NCBI GenBank assembly: GCA_965237955.1
Contig: OZ250169.1
Coordinates: 1,088,001-1,152,000 of the forward strand
Origin: Candidatus Marinacidobacterales bacterium
GTDB lineage: Bacteria > Acidobacteriota > Vicinamibacteria > Marinacidobacterales > SMYC01
Direction: 5' to 3'
DNA: 64,000 nucleotides
A model generated the notes under the pieces. That model had not been told where the DNA came from, did not search any database, and saw only the letters and a list, made by a program, of their open reading frames with translations. Positions within the stretch are counted from its first letter, which is position 1. The number at the start of each line of letters is the position of its first letter. Made by a program: the position numbers and the translations under genes. This document shows, in pieces, positions 10,534-21,564 of the stretch.

Positions 10534-12375
10534 TCAGCGCGCATAGCCGAGAGCACGCAGTTTGTCAAGCTGGTCGGGGGTAAGCTCTACCGGTGGTGCG
10601 GGAGCGCCGCTTTCTCGCCGTTCGCTCGCTCGAGCAAGGAAAAATTCCACTTGCTGTAAGGCCCGCTCCACCCAGCTCGGCTCGCCAGACACCAGATCGT
10701 TTCGTTCCCGAGGGTCTCTCGCCAGATCGTAGAGCTCGACCGACGCTTCCGAGCCATCGTGGTGACGGCTGACGATGAGCTTCTTACCGTTCACCCCCTG
10801 CCTCATCGCCAATTTATGTGAGTCGTCTACGGTGTGGCGGGTTTCGGCCCAGACCTCACCATCGGGGCCATCGGACGACTTCTCGGAGCCTCGAATGAGG
10901 CCCAAAAGGCTTCGTCCTTGGAATCCGGCCACGGCCGGGAGCCCCATGTTTTCCAGGATCGTCGGAGCCACATCGACCAGGCTTACTTGCTGAGAGACGC
11001 GCTGACCCGCCCTTTCGCTCCCGGGTAGCTTCATCAATAGCGGAATACGCAACACTTCTTCATATAGCGTCTTCTGGTGCTCCCACCCTCCGTGTTCAAG
11101 AAACTCTTCCCCGTGATCGGAAGTAACTACCACCAAAGACTTGTCGAATATTCCCATCTCTCTCATCACCCCGAACAGCCGCCCAAGTTGCCGGTCCGCG
11201 TATAGGATCTCACCGTCGTAGAGAGCCAGGATGTGCCGGAGATCCCGCGGATCGATCGAGTCCGCCGTCTCCTTCTTGAACTCCCACCAAACGCCGCTGG
11301 CCACGCCCGAGTAGTCTGGGTCGAAGGTCCGGTCGTAGGGCGGCGGTGGATCGTAATGCCAGTGAGGGTCGTAGTAGTGGAGAAAAAGAAAGAAGTCACG
11401 GTCGCCCCTCTCCCTCAAAAAAGAGATGGCACGCTCCGTAACCTGCTCCGCTCGCGCGTCGTAGCGATACCAGTGACCGTCGAAGCCGTGGCCGAAACCG
11501 TATTGCTTCGATAAATAGAGGTGTGTCACCACCGCTTGCGTGAAAAACCCATTCTGTTGAAGATGAAGCGGAAGGCTCGGCACGTCATCAGGCAGCCCGC
11601 GACGGAGATCCACCGCTCCGTGGGATGAAGGATAGAGTGAGGTCAAAAGGGAGGCGTGCGCGGGAAGCGTCCAGGGAGCCGTGGTCACGGCATCTTCGAA
11701 AACGACTCCTTCTTTGGCGAGGGCCTCGAGAGTCGGGGTCGTCCCCCTCCCATAGCCGTAGACGCTCACATGATCCCGTCGCAAGGTGTCGATGGAGACA
11801 ACGATGACTCCTCTGCCCCCCCGATAGCGTGCCCGATCGTGAAGGATCGGGTCCGCAAAGAGCGCCGCAAACCCGAGTGCGGACGCCGCATCTCCAGTTG
11901 CGTTCGCGCCGGCCTTTCCACCTTCGAAGCTCAACCAGATCTCTTTTCCCGCGAAGGGACGGAGGTCGACCGACTGGTCGATCCACTGATCGCTACGCGC
12001 GGTATGAATCTCCCGCTCGAAGACAACGCTCGACGGACTCTCGATACCGGCCTTCATCACGAAGCGAGCTTTGCCGCCGGCGCCTCCCTCGCCTGTCGTC
12101 TTCGGTTTGATGCCAATGGCGAAGGTAAGCAATGGTCTGGGCGGAACCTTCACCCGAAACCGAACCTCGGAAGGAGTCGGTGCCGTGAGGCATGGCCTCG
12201 CGTCTTCACCCAGACTCACCGGAGAGGAGATCGCAGATTCGGAAGAGTTGGAAAAAACCACGTACGTTTGTTCGAGAAGAGAAACCGGTGGCTCGGATGG
12301 CACGGCCCGACTGCAGGCCGGGACCGTCAAAGTTAGGGCGATGGAAAGGAAGCGACGGGTTCTGACGTCAGACAT
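10534..12375 (-). CDS. Sulfatase-like hydrolase/transferase, lipoprotein
   Basis: VVSIDTLRRDH, WTLPAHASLLT, HYYDPHWHY, YDGEI, TSDHGEEFLEHG, LYDLARDPRE, LRALGY. Confidence 0.9.
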   Translation of the reverse strand: MSDVRTRRFLSIALTLTVPACSRAVPSEPPVSLLEQTYVVFSNSSESAISSPVSLGEDARPCLTAPTPSEVRFRVKVPPRPLLTFAIGIKPKTTGEGGAGGKARFVMKAGIESPSSVVFEREIHTARSDQWIDQSVDLRPFAGKEIWLSFEGGKAGANATGDAASALGFAALFADPILHDRARYRGGRGVIVVSIDTLRRDHVSVYGYGRGTTPTLEALAKEGVVFEDAVTTAPWTLPAHASLLTSLYPSSHGAVDLRRGLPDDVPSLPLHLQQNGFFTQAVVTHLYLSKQYGFGHGFDGHWYRYDARAEQVTERAISFLRERGDRDFFLFLHYYDPHWHYDPPPPYDRTFDPDYSGVASGVWWEFKKETADSIDPRDLRHILALYDGEILYADRQLGRLFGVMREMGIFDKSLVVVTSDHGEEFLEHGGWEHQKTLYEEVLRIPLLMKLPGSERAGQRVSQQVSLVDVAPTILENMGLPAVAGFQGRSLLGLIRGSEKSSDGPDGEVWAETRHTVDDSHKLAMRQGVNGKKLIVSRHHDGSEASVELYDLARDPRERNDLVSGEPSWVERALQQVEFFLARASERRESGAPAPPVELTPDQLDKLRALGYAR

Positions 12376-12385
12376 CGAGCTTCGT

Positions 12386-12781
12386 CTAGAAGGAACGCCG
12401 ATGTTCTGGTGTCTCTTGGCGAAAACTAAACCCGCAAGGCTCCCACGGGTTCACGATGTTTCGGTCCCGCAGATCTCTCTCATCGATAGGGAAAGTGGTG
12501 CAGTTCCTCGGGCGACCCTTGTAAATCCCACATCGAGGAAGGCGGCTTGCCCAATTCAAGAGCGGGCAAGGAAACATGACATTGCAGCACGCGCCGGTGC
12601 GATGGCAATTACCGACCCGTCGCGTGAGACTCTCTTCAACGTAGCGGGGTCTGAAGTTCACCAGATACAAACGCCGCACCTTGCCCCCAAGGAGAATGCC
12701 GCGTTGTTTCCAACTCAGCGACCGAAGCCTCTCCCGACCGCGATGCTGGTAGACGCCCGCCCCTTCGTAGAGTACCTGCAT
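12386..12781 (-). CDS. Cysteine-cluster protein (YkgJ-like, possible Fe-S/Zn)
   Basis: CHRTGACC..CP..CGIYKGRPRNCTTFP..CG. Confidence 0.65.
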   Translation of the reverse strand: MQVLYEGAGVYQHRGRERLRSLSWKQRGILLGGKVRRLYLVNFRPRYVEESLTRRVGNCHRTGACCNVMFPCPLLNWASRLPRCGIYKGRPRNCTTFPIDERDLRDRNIVNPWEPCGFSFRQETPEHRRSF

Positions 12782-12828
12782 GGAGGGGGAATCTTAGGCC
12801 AGCCCGCCCGGAGCCGTCAACCCGGGTT

Positions 12829-13372
12829 CTAGAAAGAGATAGCGAGCTTCACCACGTACACGAATGCCGAACTAACTCCCTCCTCGCGGTTGACGAAGTC
12901 GAACGCCACCGTGGGTATGACCGCGTAGCGGGATCCGAGCTCGAAGCCATACTGGATGCCAACGCGTCCCAGGAATAGCTTCTCGTTTCCCCTCTTCCTC
13001 GGCGTGGCTCTCGCCGCCCCCGACGCGCCTCGGCTCTAGCTCCCAACCGGGCCCTGCATACACCGCCAGCCCCTCGTGCAGATGAAAAGTGACGGGGATG
13101 ATCAACAACCAAGCGTCTAAGTCGGTGAGATGTTCCAACGTTCCCCCGATGCCAATTCGCGGGTTGAGCCGATACTCGTAGTCGCCACCAATCGTGAAGA
13201 AACTCTTCTTTTCTTCGGATTCGTAAGTGCCGCCGAGCACCAAGGACGCCTCGTTTCGGTGGAAGTGCTCTTCTGGCTCTTCCTCGGCGGCAAGAGCTGC
13301 GGGAAGAAGGATCGACGCCATACCGAAAACCACAAGCGATGACGACAAGAACTTCAGAAGCTGACCTTCCAT
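12829..13372 (-). pseudogene. Small outer-membrane beta-barrel protein, frameshifted
   Basis: Signal peptide, FTIGGDYEYRL, YAGPGWE; continues in other frames as LFLGRVGIQYGF..AFDFV and AFVYVVKLAISF*. Confidence 0.6.
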
Positions 13373-13425
13373 TGAAGCCTCACGCAGTGCTATCTCGGAG
13401 TTGTCGGTTACGAACTTCGAGCGCG

Positions 13426-14022
13426 TCACCGCCGCCGAGGTTTCAGCAAGGCTTCGGTCCCCGAGCCCCAATTGAAGAGGCACCCGAGCGTATCCATGAT
13501 TGGGGCATCGATCTTTTCGACATTTTGAGCGGCGACGACCTGTATGTTCCCTATACCCGGAGTCGCCGCAAAGGGCACGAACATGGTCAAGTTACCGTCC
13601 GCGTGCTCCTCCACGATGTAGGCCAACATCCGCGCCCCCGGGCCTACAGAAAGAAGCGCCGGCTGTAGCTGCCCCGGAACGTCCCTGCCGGACAGCCGCC
13701 TAGAGAGACTCCGCAGCAGCGCATACGGGGCGAAGCGCATGAGGATCCTGTTCTCGAACGACCGCCCGGCACGGCTGCCGACTCGGGATTGGTCGATCAC
13801 CCCCACAAGCAAAGAGATCACGATCAGCACGCCGGCTGCTGTGAAGCGATGGACCCATACGTCGGGGAAGGCGCTCGCGGGCAAGAGGTCCGCGATCGGT
13901 GTGGTCAGGCCCATCAAGATGTCGAACAGCCCGCCGATCAGGAGGTAGGACAGAATCAGCGGCAGCAGGAGCAGGAAGCCGCTCATGAAACGCCTGCTCA
14001 AGAAACTCAACACGTCTTTCAC
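13426..14022 (-). CDS. DUF502-like membrane protein
   Basis: FMSGFLLLLPLILS, two TM segments, MFVPFAATPGIG. Confidence 0.75.
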   Translation of the reverse strand: MKDVLSFLSRRFMSGFLLLLPLILSYLLIGGLFDILMGLTTPIADLLPASAFPDVWVHRFTAAGVLIVISLLVGVIDQSRVGSRAGRSFENRILMRFAPYALLRSLSRRLSGRDVPGQLQPALLSVGPGARMLAYIVEEHADGNLTMFVPFAATPGIGNIQVVAAQNVEKIDAPIMDTLGCLFNWGSGTEALLKPRRR

Positions 14023-14044
14023 GTCGGTCTAGTCCTTCCTGGAT

Positions 14045-14596
14045 TTAGGACGCGGACGCCCTCGGGAAGACGGCCGTAGCGCCATGATGGAACAGGGCCC
14101 GCACTTTGTCCCAGAACTCCCCACCGAGTACGAAAAAGCTGACCAAGTACATTGCATCGCCCACCACGCCGAGCACCACGCGGTTCGCCTCGTAGCCGGG
14201 GATGAAGTGGGCAACGTAGGGAATCAACCAACCGAATAGGAGCGGAAGTAGGAACATGAGGAGGCCGATGCGATAGCGCGTGCGGCTCACGCTCTCCGGC
14301 GGGGCGTATCGCCGGAGGATCCCAAAGAGGAGCCGCTTGAGGTGCTCGAAGCCAGACTTGCCGAGGATCGCAACCGCCGCGAGGGAGAAGAGCTCCGGGA
14401 TGCCGACGGCAAGAATGACCGACAAAGTGGCCTTCCATGCGCTCGGGAGGCTCGACGTCGCGACGAAGGGGATGAGGGCCGGACAGCCCAGCCCGATGAG
14501 GAAGAGAGCAGCGCCCAATCGGAAACGCCGAGCGGCGGGTCCGTGGGGCTCGGTGTTGGCTTCGCTCGCCGCATCCCTAGACCTTTGGCCTGCCAC
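14045..14596 (-). CDS. Transporter-suffix-domain membrane protein (start uncertain)
   Basis: GIPELFSLAAVAILGKSGF, VSRTRYRIG, SFFVLGGEFWDKVRALF. Confidence 0.7.
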   Translation of the reverse strand: MAGQRSRDAASEANTEPHGPAARRFRLGAALFLIGLGCPALIPFVATSSLPSAWKATLSVILAVGIPELFSLAAVAILGKSGFEHLKRLLFGILRRYAPPESVSRTRYRIGLLMFLLPLLFGWLIPYVAHFIPGYEANRVVLGVVGDAMYLVSFFVLGGEFWDKVRALFHHGATAVFPRASAS

Positions 14597-14603
14597 GATG
14601 TCA

Positions 14604-14764
14604 TCACTGCTCGAAGCTACGGTAGGCGACGATGCGCCATTGGCCGTTCTCTCGATTCCAAAGCAGCCCCAGAATGGCTCCGCCCTCGTCCTTGAATCGG
14701 AAGAGAAGCGCCGTAGTACTCGGCGGCCTGCGGTCTTCTCTTGTCCACAAAGATACGGTTCGGT
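14604..14764 (-). pseudogene. C-terminal fragment of a gene truncated by IS5
   Basis: ..GLLWNRENGQWRIVAYRSFEQ* abuts the IS5 TIR. Confidence 0.5.
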
Positions 14765-15848
14765 GCCTTGGTGCACAACTCCGATAGAGGCCGAGAGCTC
14801 GCTTGGCCCCGACTCCCATCATCCGGTCATCTCGCTATCAGGCATCCCGAGCGCCGTCATCGTGTTGAGAATCTTGCACCCGATCCTTGCCTCGACTCTC
14901 TGTGCCGCCAACCCTCTCGCTCGCATCGCTGAGCCCACGATAGCCTTGTAGCGATGGAACGTTGTCTCGACTTTGCTCCGTTTGCTGTAGCCCGATTCTG
15001 TGTGCCACTTTCGTTTGCCGAGCCGAGCTTGTGCTGCAATGTTGCGATTACGCTGTCGGCTGCTCGCCGGCCCCGATGCGAGCTGGGCGCCCTTGCGCGG
15101 CGGTATCAGCACCCTCGGCGAGCGATGAGCGCTGTGATTCTCGATCGCCTCATAGACACCGCCGGCGTCGTATGCGGTGTCAGCTCTGGCCGATGAGATG
15201 GGACTGTCGATCTGTCCGACAAGCGATGCAACCCGCGATGAATCGCGGGCTCTTTTGCTCGTCAGCTCGCCGGCGACGACTTCGCCACGCTGCTCGTCGA
15301 CACACAGATGGAGCTTGCGATAGTCCCTGCTATTTGGTGCTCTGCGCAGCTGGCCGGCGTGGACAGCGAGACCGCTGCTGTCGATCAAGATGTGCAACGG
15401 CGTCTTGTGCTTGTCTTGGTAGAAGGGGACCTTACCCAGCTTCGCCTTGCGCCTCGAATTGTGGTGTGATCGGGCACATCATTGTCTAGCTTCATCAGAG
15501 CGAACAACGACCGCAGCAATCCCTCGCTCTGCCTAGATGACAGATGAAACACCATGCCCAGGGTGACAGCCGTCTCGATGGCGTGGTTCGAGTACTTGCG
15601 TTGACGGCCCGGTTTCCTCCTCTTCGGCCGGGGCGCGTCCCAGTTCACAAGCTTGCCGGCGGTGAGCGAGATCCAGACGGTCAGGCTCCCGCGGTTGCGC
15701 AGACCCGCCTCATATTCACGCCAATTCCTCACGCGATAGGCCTTCTTCACATACTTCCGCTGAGTGCGTTTGAAAATGCTCATGGGAAACCTCGAATCCG
15801 CGAGTACAGGACAATTGTGGACCGAGATCGCGAGTTGTGCACCAAGGC
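14765..15848 (-). mobile_element. IS5-family (IS903-like) element, frameshifted transposase 15783-14819
   Basis: TIR GCCTTGGTGCACAACTC; [49 protein letters not shown] in two frames. Confidence 0.9.
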
Positions 15849-18137
15849 AACCAGGAGCAAGGGATTCTGAGCTGGGCTCTCGAACAAAACTGCAGGGATG
15901 TCTCTCCGGTCGCGGCTCTTCTAGAGCGACAGCTGGAGACGATCGAATCCACGCCGGGGACGGAGACCCGAGTGGGAGCCGGTGTGGAGACGATTTTCGA
16001 GAAGGCCGCCGAAGTAGCAGAATCCTTTTCCCGCGGCATGATCTCGACCGCGCACGTCTTGATCGTTTGCTCCGCGAACGACACGGTGTGCGGCGAGCTG
16101 TTGCGCTCGAACGGTGTCAGCCGGACCCGTCTCCGCGCCGCGGACGCAGAGGAGTGCACCTTGGCCCATCCCACCGAGAAGCTCCTCCCCACGCTCGCCC
16201 GCTTCGGCCGAGACCTCACCGGGGACGCGGCACAAGGAAATCTGGAGCCTGTCATCGGGCGTGACCAAGAGATCCGCCGGGTTGTACAAACCCTATTGCG
16301 ACGCTCGAAGAACAACCCCATCCTGGTTGGAGAGCCAGGCGTCGGGAAAACCGCGCTCGTCGAAGGCGTAGCTCAGCGAATCGTTCGCGGTGACGTACCC
16401 GATGAGCTGCGGGGCCGGAAGATCATCGCTGTCGATCTGGGAGCCATGTTGGCGGGGACGATCTACCGTGGGATGTTCGAAGAACGTCTGACGAATGTCA
16501 TCCGTGAAGCGGAGGATTCCAAGGGTCGCGTCATCCTTTTCATCGACGAAGTGCACACTCTCTTGGGGGCGGGCTCGGGTCAAGAACGCTCTCTGGACGC
16601 GGCCAACATGTTGAAACCGGCGCTCGCGCGAGGTTTATTGCGAGTGATTGCCGCGACGACCACCGATGAGTACCGGCGTTACTTCGCTCGAGACGCAGCT
16701 CTGGAGAGACGCTTCCAACCCGTTGTTCTCGACGAGCCGACGGTGGAGGAAACAATCGAGCTGCTGCGAGGGATCAAGGGTTGCTACGAAGCTCACTATC
16801 GAATACGGATTCTCGACGAGGCCATCGTCGCGGCGGCGAAGATGTCGCAACGCTATGTCAGGAACCGAAGACTGCCGGACAAACCGATCGATCTGATGGA
16901 TGAGGCGTCCGCAGCGCGCCGGCTCGAGCTCGATGGAATCCCCGCCGAGCTCGAGACGAAGGAGCGACGGATTATCGAGCTCGAAACGGCACGGGTCGGG
17001 TCGCACAGCGCCGAGCTCGAACGTGAAGTTGCCGAGCTACGTACCGAGGCGGGCTGGATGAGAGCTCGGTGGCAGCAGGCCAAAGATGCGCGCCAAACGC
17101 GCGACGAAGTCGATGCCAACGACGTGGCCGAAGTGGCGTCGCGGTGGAGCGGAGTGCCGGTAACGCGAATCGTGGAGGATGAGGCTGCCAAGCTCGCAGA
17201 GTTGGAACTACGGTTGCGGCGGCAGATCGTCGGCCAACCTGAGGCAGCCCGCGTCGTCTCTCAAGCGCTGCTGCGCGCTCGCACCGGCATCAAGAGTGCG
17301 GAACGACCGATCGGAAGTTTCTTGTTCGTCGGCCCGACCGGGGTCGGAAAAACCGAGATGGCCAAGATCCTCGCCCGCGAGATGTTCGGGGAAGCGAAAG
17401 GTTTCGTCCGCATTCAGATGAGTGACTACTCGGACAGTTATTCCGCTTCACGTCTCATCGGCGCACCCCCTGGTTATATCGGATACGACGAGGGCGGTGT
17501 GTTGACCGAGGCAGTGCGTAACCGACCGCACTCCGTGATCCTTTTCGATGAGTTCGAGAAGGCGCACAGCGAGGTTCAAAACCTGTTGTTGCAGGTTCTC
17601 GACGAGGGGCACCTGACGGATTCCAGCGGCGAGACCGTGGACTTCAGCAACACGATCATGATCCTTACGTCCAATCTGGTGCTCGGCGGCGGAAACGGCA
17701 TCGGGTTCGGAAGCGAGAGAAGCGCCACTGCGGCTCTCCAGAAACACTTGCCGCGCGAGATGATCAATCGATTCGATGCCGTGGTTCCCTTCGCCGCGAT
17801 CACGTCCGAGCACATGAAATTGATCGTCGAGCTTCGCCTCGGGGAGTTGTCGGGGCGATTGCGGGAGCGCGGCGTGCGACCGAAGTGGTCGGAGTCGATC
17901 AAGACATGGCTGGCCGAGAATGGCTGCGACCCCATGTTTGGCGCGAGGCCGTTGAGGCGGTTGATCGAGTCTCACGTCGAAACCGAGCTCGCTGCCAAGC
18001 TCGTGGGTGGGCTCGAGGGGGACGTTTCGATTACCGTGCGAGACGACAGCGTCGTCGTAGAGGCGTTCACGGATGAAGCGCCGAGTAGCGCCGGATCGTT
18101 GAAGCTGATTCGAGAATTGCAGGCGCAATGCGAATAG
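15849..18137 (+). CDS. ClpA/B/C-family AAA+ ATPase, 5' end replaced by IS5
   Basis: [62 protein letters not shown] loop, GARPLRR. Confidence 0.9.
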   Translation, partial: NQEQGILSWALEQNCRDVSPVAALLERQLETIESTPGTETRVGAGVETIFEKAAEVAESFSRGMISTAHVLIVCSANDTVCGELLRSNGVSRTRLRAADAEECTLAHPTEKLLPTLARFGRDLTGDAAQGNLEPVIGRDQEIRRVVQTLLRRSKNNPILVGEPGVGKTALVEGVAQRIVRGDVPDELRGRKIIAVDLGAMLAGTIYRGMFEERLTNVIREAEDSKGRVILFIDEVHTLLGAGSGQERSLDAANMLKPALARGLLRVIAATTTDEYRRYFARDAALERRFQPVVLDEPTVEETIELLRGIKGCYEAHYRIRILDEAIVAAAKMSQRYVRNRRLPDKPIDLMDEASAARRLELDGIPAELETKERRIIELETARVGSHSAELEREVAELRTEAGWMRARWQQAKDARQTRDEVDANDVAEVASRWSGVPVTRIVEDEAAKLAELELRLRRQIVGQPEAARVVSQALLRARTGIKSAERPIGSFLFVGPTGVGKTEMAKILAREMFGEAKGFVRIQMSDYSDSYSASRLIGAPPGYIGYDEGGVLTEAVRNRPHSVILFDEFEKAHSEVQNLLLQVLDEGHLTDSSGETVDFSNTIMILTSNLVLGGGNGIGFGSERSATAALQKHLPREMINRFDAVVPFAAITSEHMKLIVELRLGELSGRLRERGVRPKWSESIKTWLAENGCDPMFGARPLRRLIESHVETELAAKLVGGLEGDVSITVRDDSVVVEAFTDEAPSSAGSLKLIRELQAQCE

Positions 18138-18361
18138 ACGCTTGCCGGGGAAGTTGGCGATGCTTTCACTCTCCCGCTAGCGGGCGCGTGGGGTGAGGGT
18201 GGCACCGCATGAACTTGCTGCTGGAAGATTCGGCACTTCACCAGAGGACACTGGACACCTTCACCGATACCGAGGACGAGCTGGCCGACGACACGCGACT
18301 TGCGTGAAATCATCTGCGATACGTCTCCACTTCTCTACCTTCACCAGATCGAGCAGTCAGT

Positions 18362-18460
18362 GACCTAGCCAAGCTCTACGAGGTTCCGACTCACAGACTC
18401 AACGAGCAGGTCACCCGCAACGGGAGGCGCTTTCCAGACGACTTCATGTTTCGGCTCACC
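18362..18460 (+). pseudogene. ORF6N-domain fragment
   Basis: DLAKLYEVPTHRLNEQVTRNGRRFPDDFMFRLT, with no start codon or continuation. Confidence 0.7.
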
Positions 18461-18565
18461 CCTCTGTGAGAATGATGAGGTCGATTCTTTGAGATCGCAA
18501 AATGTGATCTCGAAGGCCAGCCGCGATGGTCGTCGGGCTGGTCAGCAACCACCACCGTTGCAGAG

Positions 18566-19906
18566 TCAGGAATGCCGGGGCCGCTGGCTCGACCAGCGCT
18601 TCCGCGCGGCGTCGAGAAACGACGGATCCTTGGTGGGCTCATCCTGAACGATCTTCTCGAATTTGGGCATGAACGACGTCTTCCGATGGTGGCGCTGTCG
18701 GATATCCTCCACGAGGGCGTCCCACTGATCGACTAAACCCGCTTTCTCGTAGCACTTCTTGGCCTGCTTCAGGTTGGATAGAGCCGAGCGGTAGTTTTTG
18801 TTCTTCCCCTCGTCGACGATCTGCAGTGCGATGGCGCGAAAGAGGCGAGCGGCGACGTCGGGGTGTGGACGCTTCAGGTATTTCGCGGCCTCGCTGAGAG
18901 CGTAGTCGCTCTCGTCCATGAGAGCTTCGTCCGTCGTACTCTGGAGCCGATCCACGAGGCGAGTCGTTTCGCGAGTCTCGATGCATAAATCCATCGCTGG
19001 GCGAAGATCGCCGCTGGCGGCACGGTCCATGGCGCGCTCGTGCCAGCGAGTACGCTCGGCTTCCGGTACGTACCGCATGAGCTCGTTGTAGCTGGCGGTG
19101 CCGGGGCTCGCTTCGAAGTCTTTCCAGGCTAGCGTCAGAGCTTCCTCGGGATGGCCGAGCTGGGAGAGGAGGGTGCGCTCGCGCTTTTCGAGATCGTACG
19201 TCGCAAAGTCGTGCCTCCCGCTGATCTCGAGGCCACGCCGAACCCATGACAGTGCTTGGCTGGCTTCTCCCTTCGCGTGGAAGATGTCCGCGATCACGAG
19301 GCAGTCCTGGCCGCGCATCCCCATCTGTTGGCAGAGGCGGATATAAGAGAAGGCGTCGTTTTGCGCCTGGAATAGCGCGCGGAGCACATCGGCCCATTGC
19401 CGCTGCGACGCGTCGCCTCCGAGCTCATCTTTTCTGCGCGCGGCCTCTTGCGAGGCTTGCTCGAAGCGCGCGCGCGCGATCTCCACGAAAGCCATCCGGC
19501 CGTCATCGTCGAGCGCTTCGGCGAGGTCGCGCTCGATCTGGTACGTGTAGCCATAGTTGTCGGCATCGATCCAATGCAAGAGCGTTTCGACCGAATCGTT
19601 GGCCGGGCAGCCGCCGGATTGCCGCGCTCGTACCCAGTGACAACAAAGCCTCTGCATGAAGTTGCCGAGCTCGCCGCCCGAATCGTTGAGCTCGTGGATC
19701 TTGGCGTAGCAGCCCGCTAGAAAGGTCTCGAAGAGGATGGCCGCACGCTCGGGGTCGTCGTCGATGAGAGGGTTGATTTGCTGCACGAGTTGGTCGAGCG
19801 CCTTCACGAAGGAAAAGCTCTTGCCGTAGCTGATGAACTCGCCCGGCCGGAGCGCGGATTCAATGCTGCGCTCGTGAGGGTCTCGTGTGCGAGGTCGACG
19901 GCTCAT
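18566..19906 (-). CDS. Helical-repeat hypothetical protein (DUF6880-like)
   Basis: 446 aa; LNDSGGELG, WIDADNYG, KNYRSALSNL, IRQRHHRKTSFM. Confidence 0.65.
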   Translation of the reverse strand: MSRRPRTRDPHERSIESALRPGEFISYGKSFSFVKALDQLVQQINPLIDDDPERAAILFETFLAGCYAKIHELNDSGGELGNFMQRLCCHWVRARQSGGCPANDSVETLLHWIDADNYGYTYQIERDLAEALDDDGRMAFVEIARARFEQASQEAARRKDELGGDASQRQWADVLRALFQAQNDAFSYIRLCQQMGMRGQDCLVIADIFHAKGEASQALSWVRRGLEISGRHDFATYDLEKRERTLLSQLGHPEEALTLAWKDFEASPGTASYNELMRYVPEAERTRWHERAMDRAASGDLRPAMDLCIETRETTRLVDRLQSTTDEALMDESDYALSEAAKYLKRPHPDVAARLFRAIALQIVDEGKNKNYRSALSNLKQAKKCYEKAGLVDQWDALVEDIRQRHHRKTSFMPKFEKIVQDEPTKDPSFLDAARKRWSSQRPRHS

Positions 19907-19935
19907 CTTCTTTGGCTCCCGAGCGGGAACGCTTG

Positions 19936-21330
19936 CTACCGCTCGTCAAAAATTCCGAGCTCCTCCCACAGGAAACTAAGGTCGATGGGATCCCGTCTTT
20001 GAGTCTCGGCTTGCTCGCGCTCGCCAAACTCGTAGCTTCGCAGGAGCTCTACGACCTCGCGCCGGCCAGCCTTTGAACGTATCGCCTGGCGGGGCGTCTT
20101 GTTCTTCAGCGCGGGAATGGGCTCGTCGGTCCAATTGGCGTAAGTCTGCCGGTAGAACTGCTCCAGGATCGCGGTTTTCGTTTCCGGTGGGATGTCGTCG
20201 AGGGGGTCTTCCCCGATATCCGGCTCATTCCTCATTCGTGTGTGGCGCCCTTTCCAAGCATGTCTCGGGTCGGTCGACTCGCGCGCGATGCGCTCCACCG
20301 CGTCGCCGACAAGCTCGGAGAACCAACTCTCGGCGGCATCGGCGGCATCGTTCGTTCGAGCGAAGAGCTCGATGCGATCGTCCGCCGTTTTCGAAATGGA
20401 GCAAAGGCTGCGACGCGCGCTATCGCCGTCTTTCTCCGGCTGCAGACGGACCCAGTGGTCCTCGTCGTCCCGGTCCACGTCCGGCTCCACCTCGAGTGCT
20501 TTTGCGAGCCGTGGCCAGTCTTTCACGCGATAGTGCACCACCGTCAGTAAGATCGCCTCGCCGGTCGAAGCATCGGTCAATACCGGCGGCGGCCCTACGA
20601 GGACCGACAACCAAGCCTCAATGACGGTGGCGCTCACCCAATCGGAATGGAGGAGGCCTCCGCTCCCTCGGGGCCCTTCCAGAATGCGACCGCGCAATGC
20701 CACGTACTGAGGGCGTTTGAAAGCGTACACCGCGCCGGTGAGAACGGTCGGCTCGCACGGGAGCACCCGCGCTGCGAAAATGTCGCCTTCCCGGAGCGAT
20801 TGCGAAGCCGACCTCTCGCGAACCCAAAACCGCGTTGGCTCGTTGGCGAGCGTCGAGACGAGCCACAGACCCTCTCCGGGCTCCGCTTCGACGACTTCGT
20901 AAAGATCGATGGGCTCCGTCGCGAGAAGCTGGAGATAGCGCCGCTCGTTGACATCCATCAGAGGGCCACCCTCACCGAGCACGAGCTCCATGACCGGCAC
21001 GAAATCGTCCTCGTCCTCGGTGGGGCTGATCTCGCCTTCGGCAAGCACCCATTCGAACGCGTTCAGATGAACCATTTCTCCCAGGTCTTCGGGAAGCTCG
21101 TCCAACTCCTCGAATTGCTCCTGCTCCAGTGAACCGAAGAATTCGAAAGTGATCGCACGTTCGATCTCTTCGGGATAGTGCTCGCGAAGCCACGCGATCG
21201 CGCGTGCGACCGCCCCTTCCGCGACCGCGATCGACGACGACGCGGCTTCGTCTTTTGCGAGGCAGCACTTCTTGTACTTCTTCCCGCTGCCGCAGGGGCA
21301 GGGAGCGTTGCGAGACGTTTTGTTCGGCAT
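19936..21330 (-). CDS. SEC-C motif protein
   Basis: RNAPCPCGSGKKYKKCC at the N-terminus; WTDEPIPALKNKTPRQA near the C-terminus. Confidence 0.9.
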   Translation of the reverse strand: MPNKTSRNAPCPCGSGKKYKKCCLAKDEAASSSIAVAEGAVARAIAWLREHYPEEIERAITFEFFGSLEQEQFEELDELPEDLGEMVHLNAFEWVLAEGEISPTEDEDDFVPVMELVLGEGGPLMDVNERRYLQLLATEPIDLYEVVEAEPGEGLWLVSTLANEPTRFWVRERSASQSLREGDIFAARVLPCEPTVLTGAVYAFKRPQYVALRGRILEGPRGSGGLLHSDWVSATVIEAWLSVLVGPPPVLTDASTGEAILLTVVHYRVKDWPRLAKALEVEPDVDRDDEDHWVRLQPEKDGDSARRSLCSISKTADDRIELFARTNDAADAAESWFSELVGDAVERIARESTDPRHAWKGRHTRMRNEPDIGEDPLDDIPPETKTAILEQFYRQTYANWTDEPIPALKNKTPRQAIRSKAGRREVVELLRSYEFGEREQAETQRRDPIDLSFLWEELGIFDER

Positions 21331-21564
21331 AGTGTGAGGCGATTAATACCGTGCCCGACGCCTCCTCGTGGACCGGCGAAAAGCCACTCGCGCAGGCGAT
21401 TCAGGCACAGCCGAAATCTAACACGATGCCAGTCGCGAATGCTTACCCCGGTAGAGAAGCTGGGGACTCACGGGCGTATCCTGGACGTCGAGTCATCGGT
21501 TTGAGGGAGCGGGTGGTGACACTCGCGAGCACGGGACGAACGATCATCGGGATCGAACTCATCT

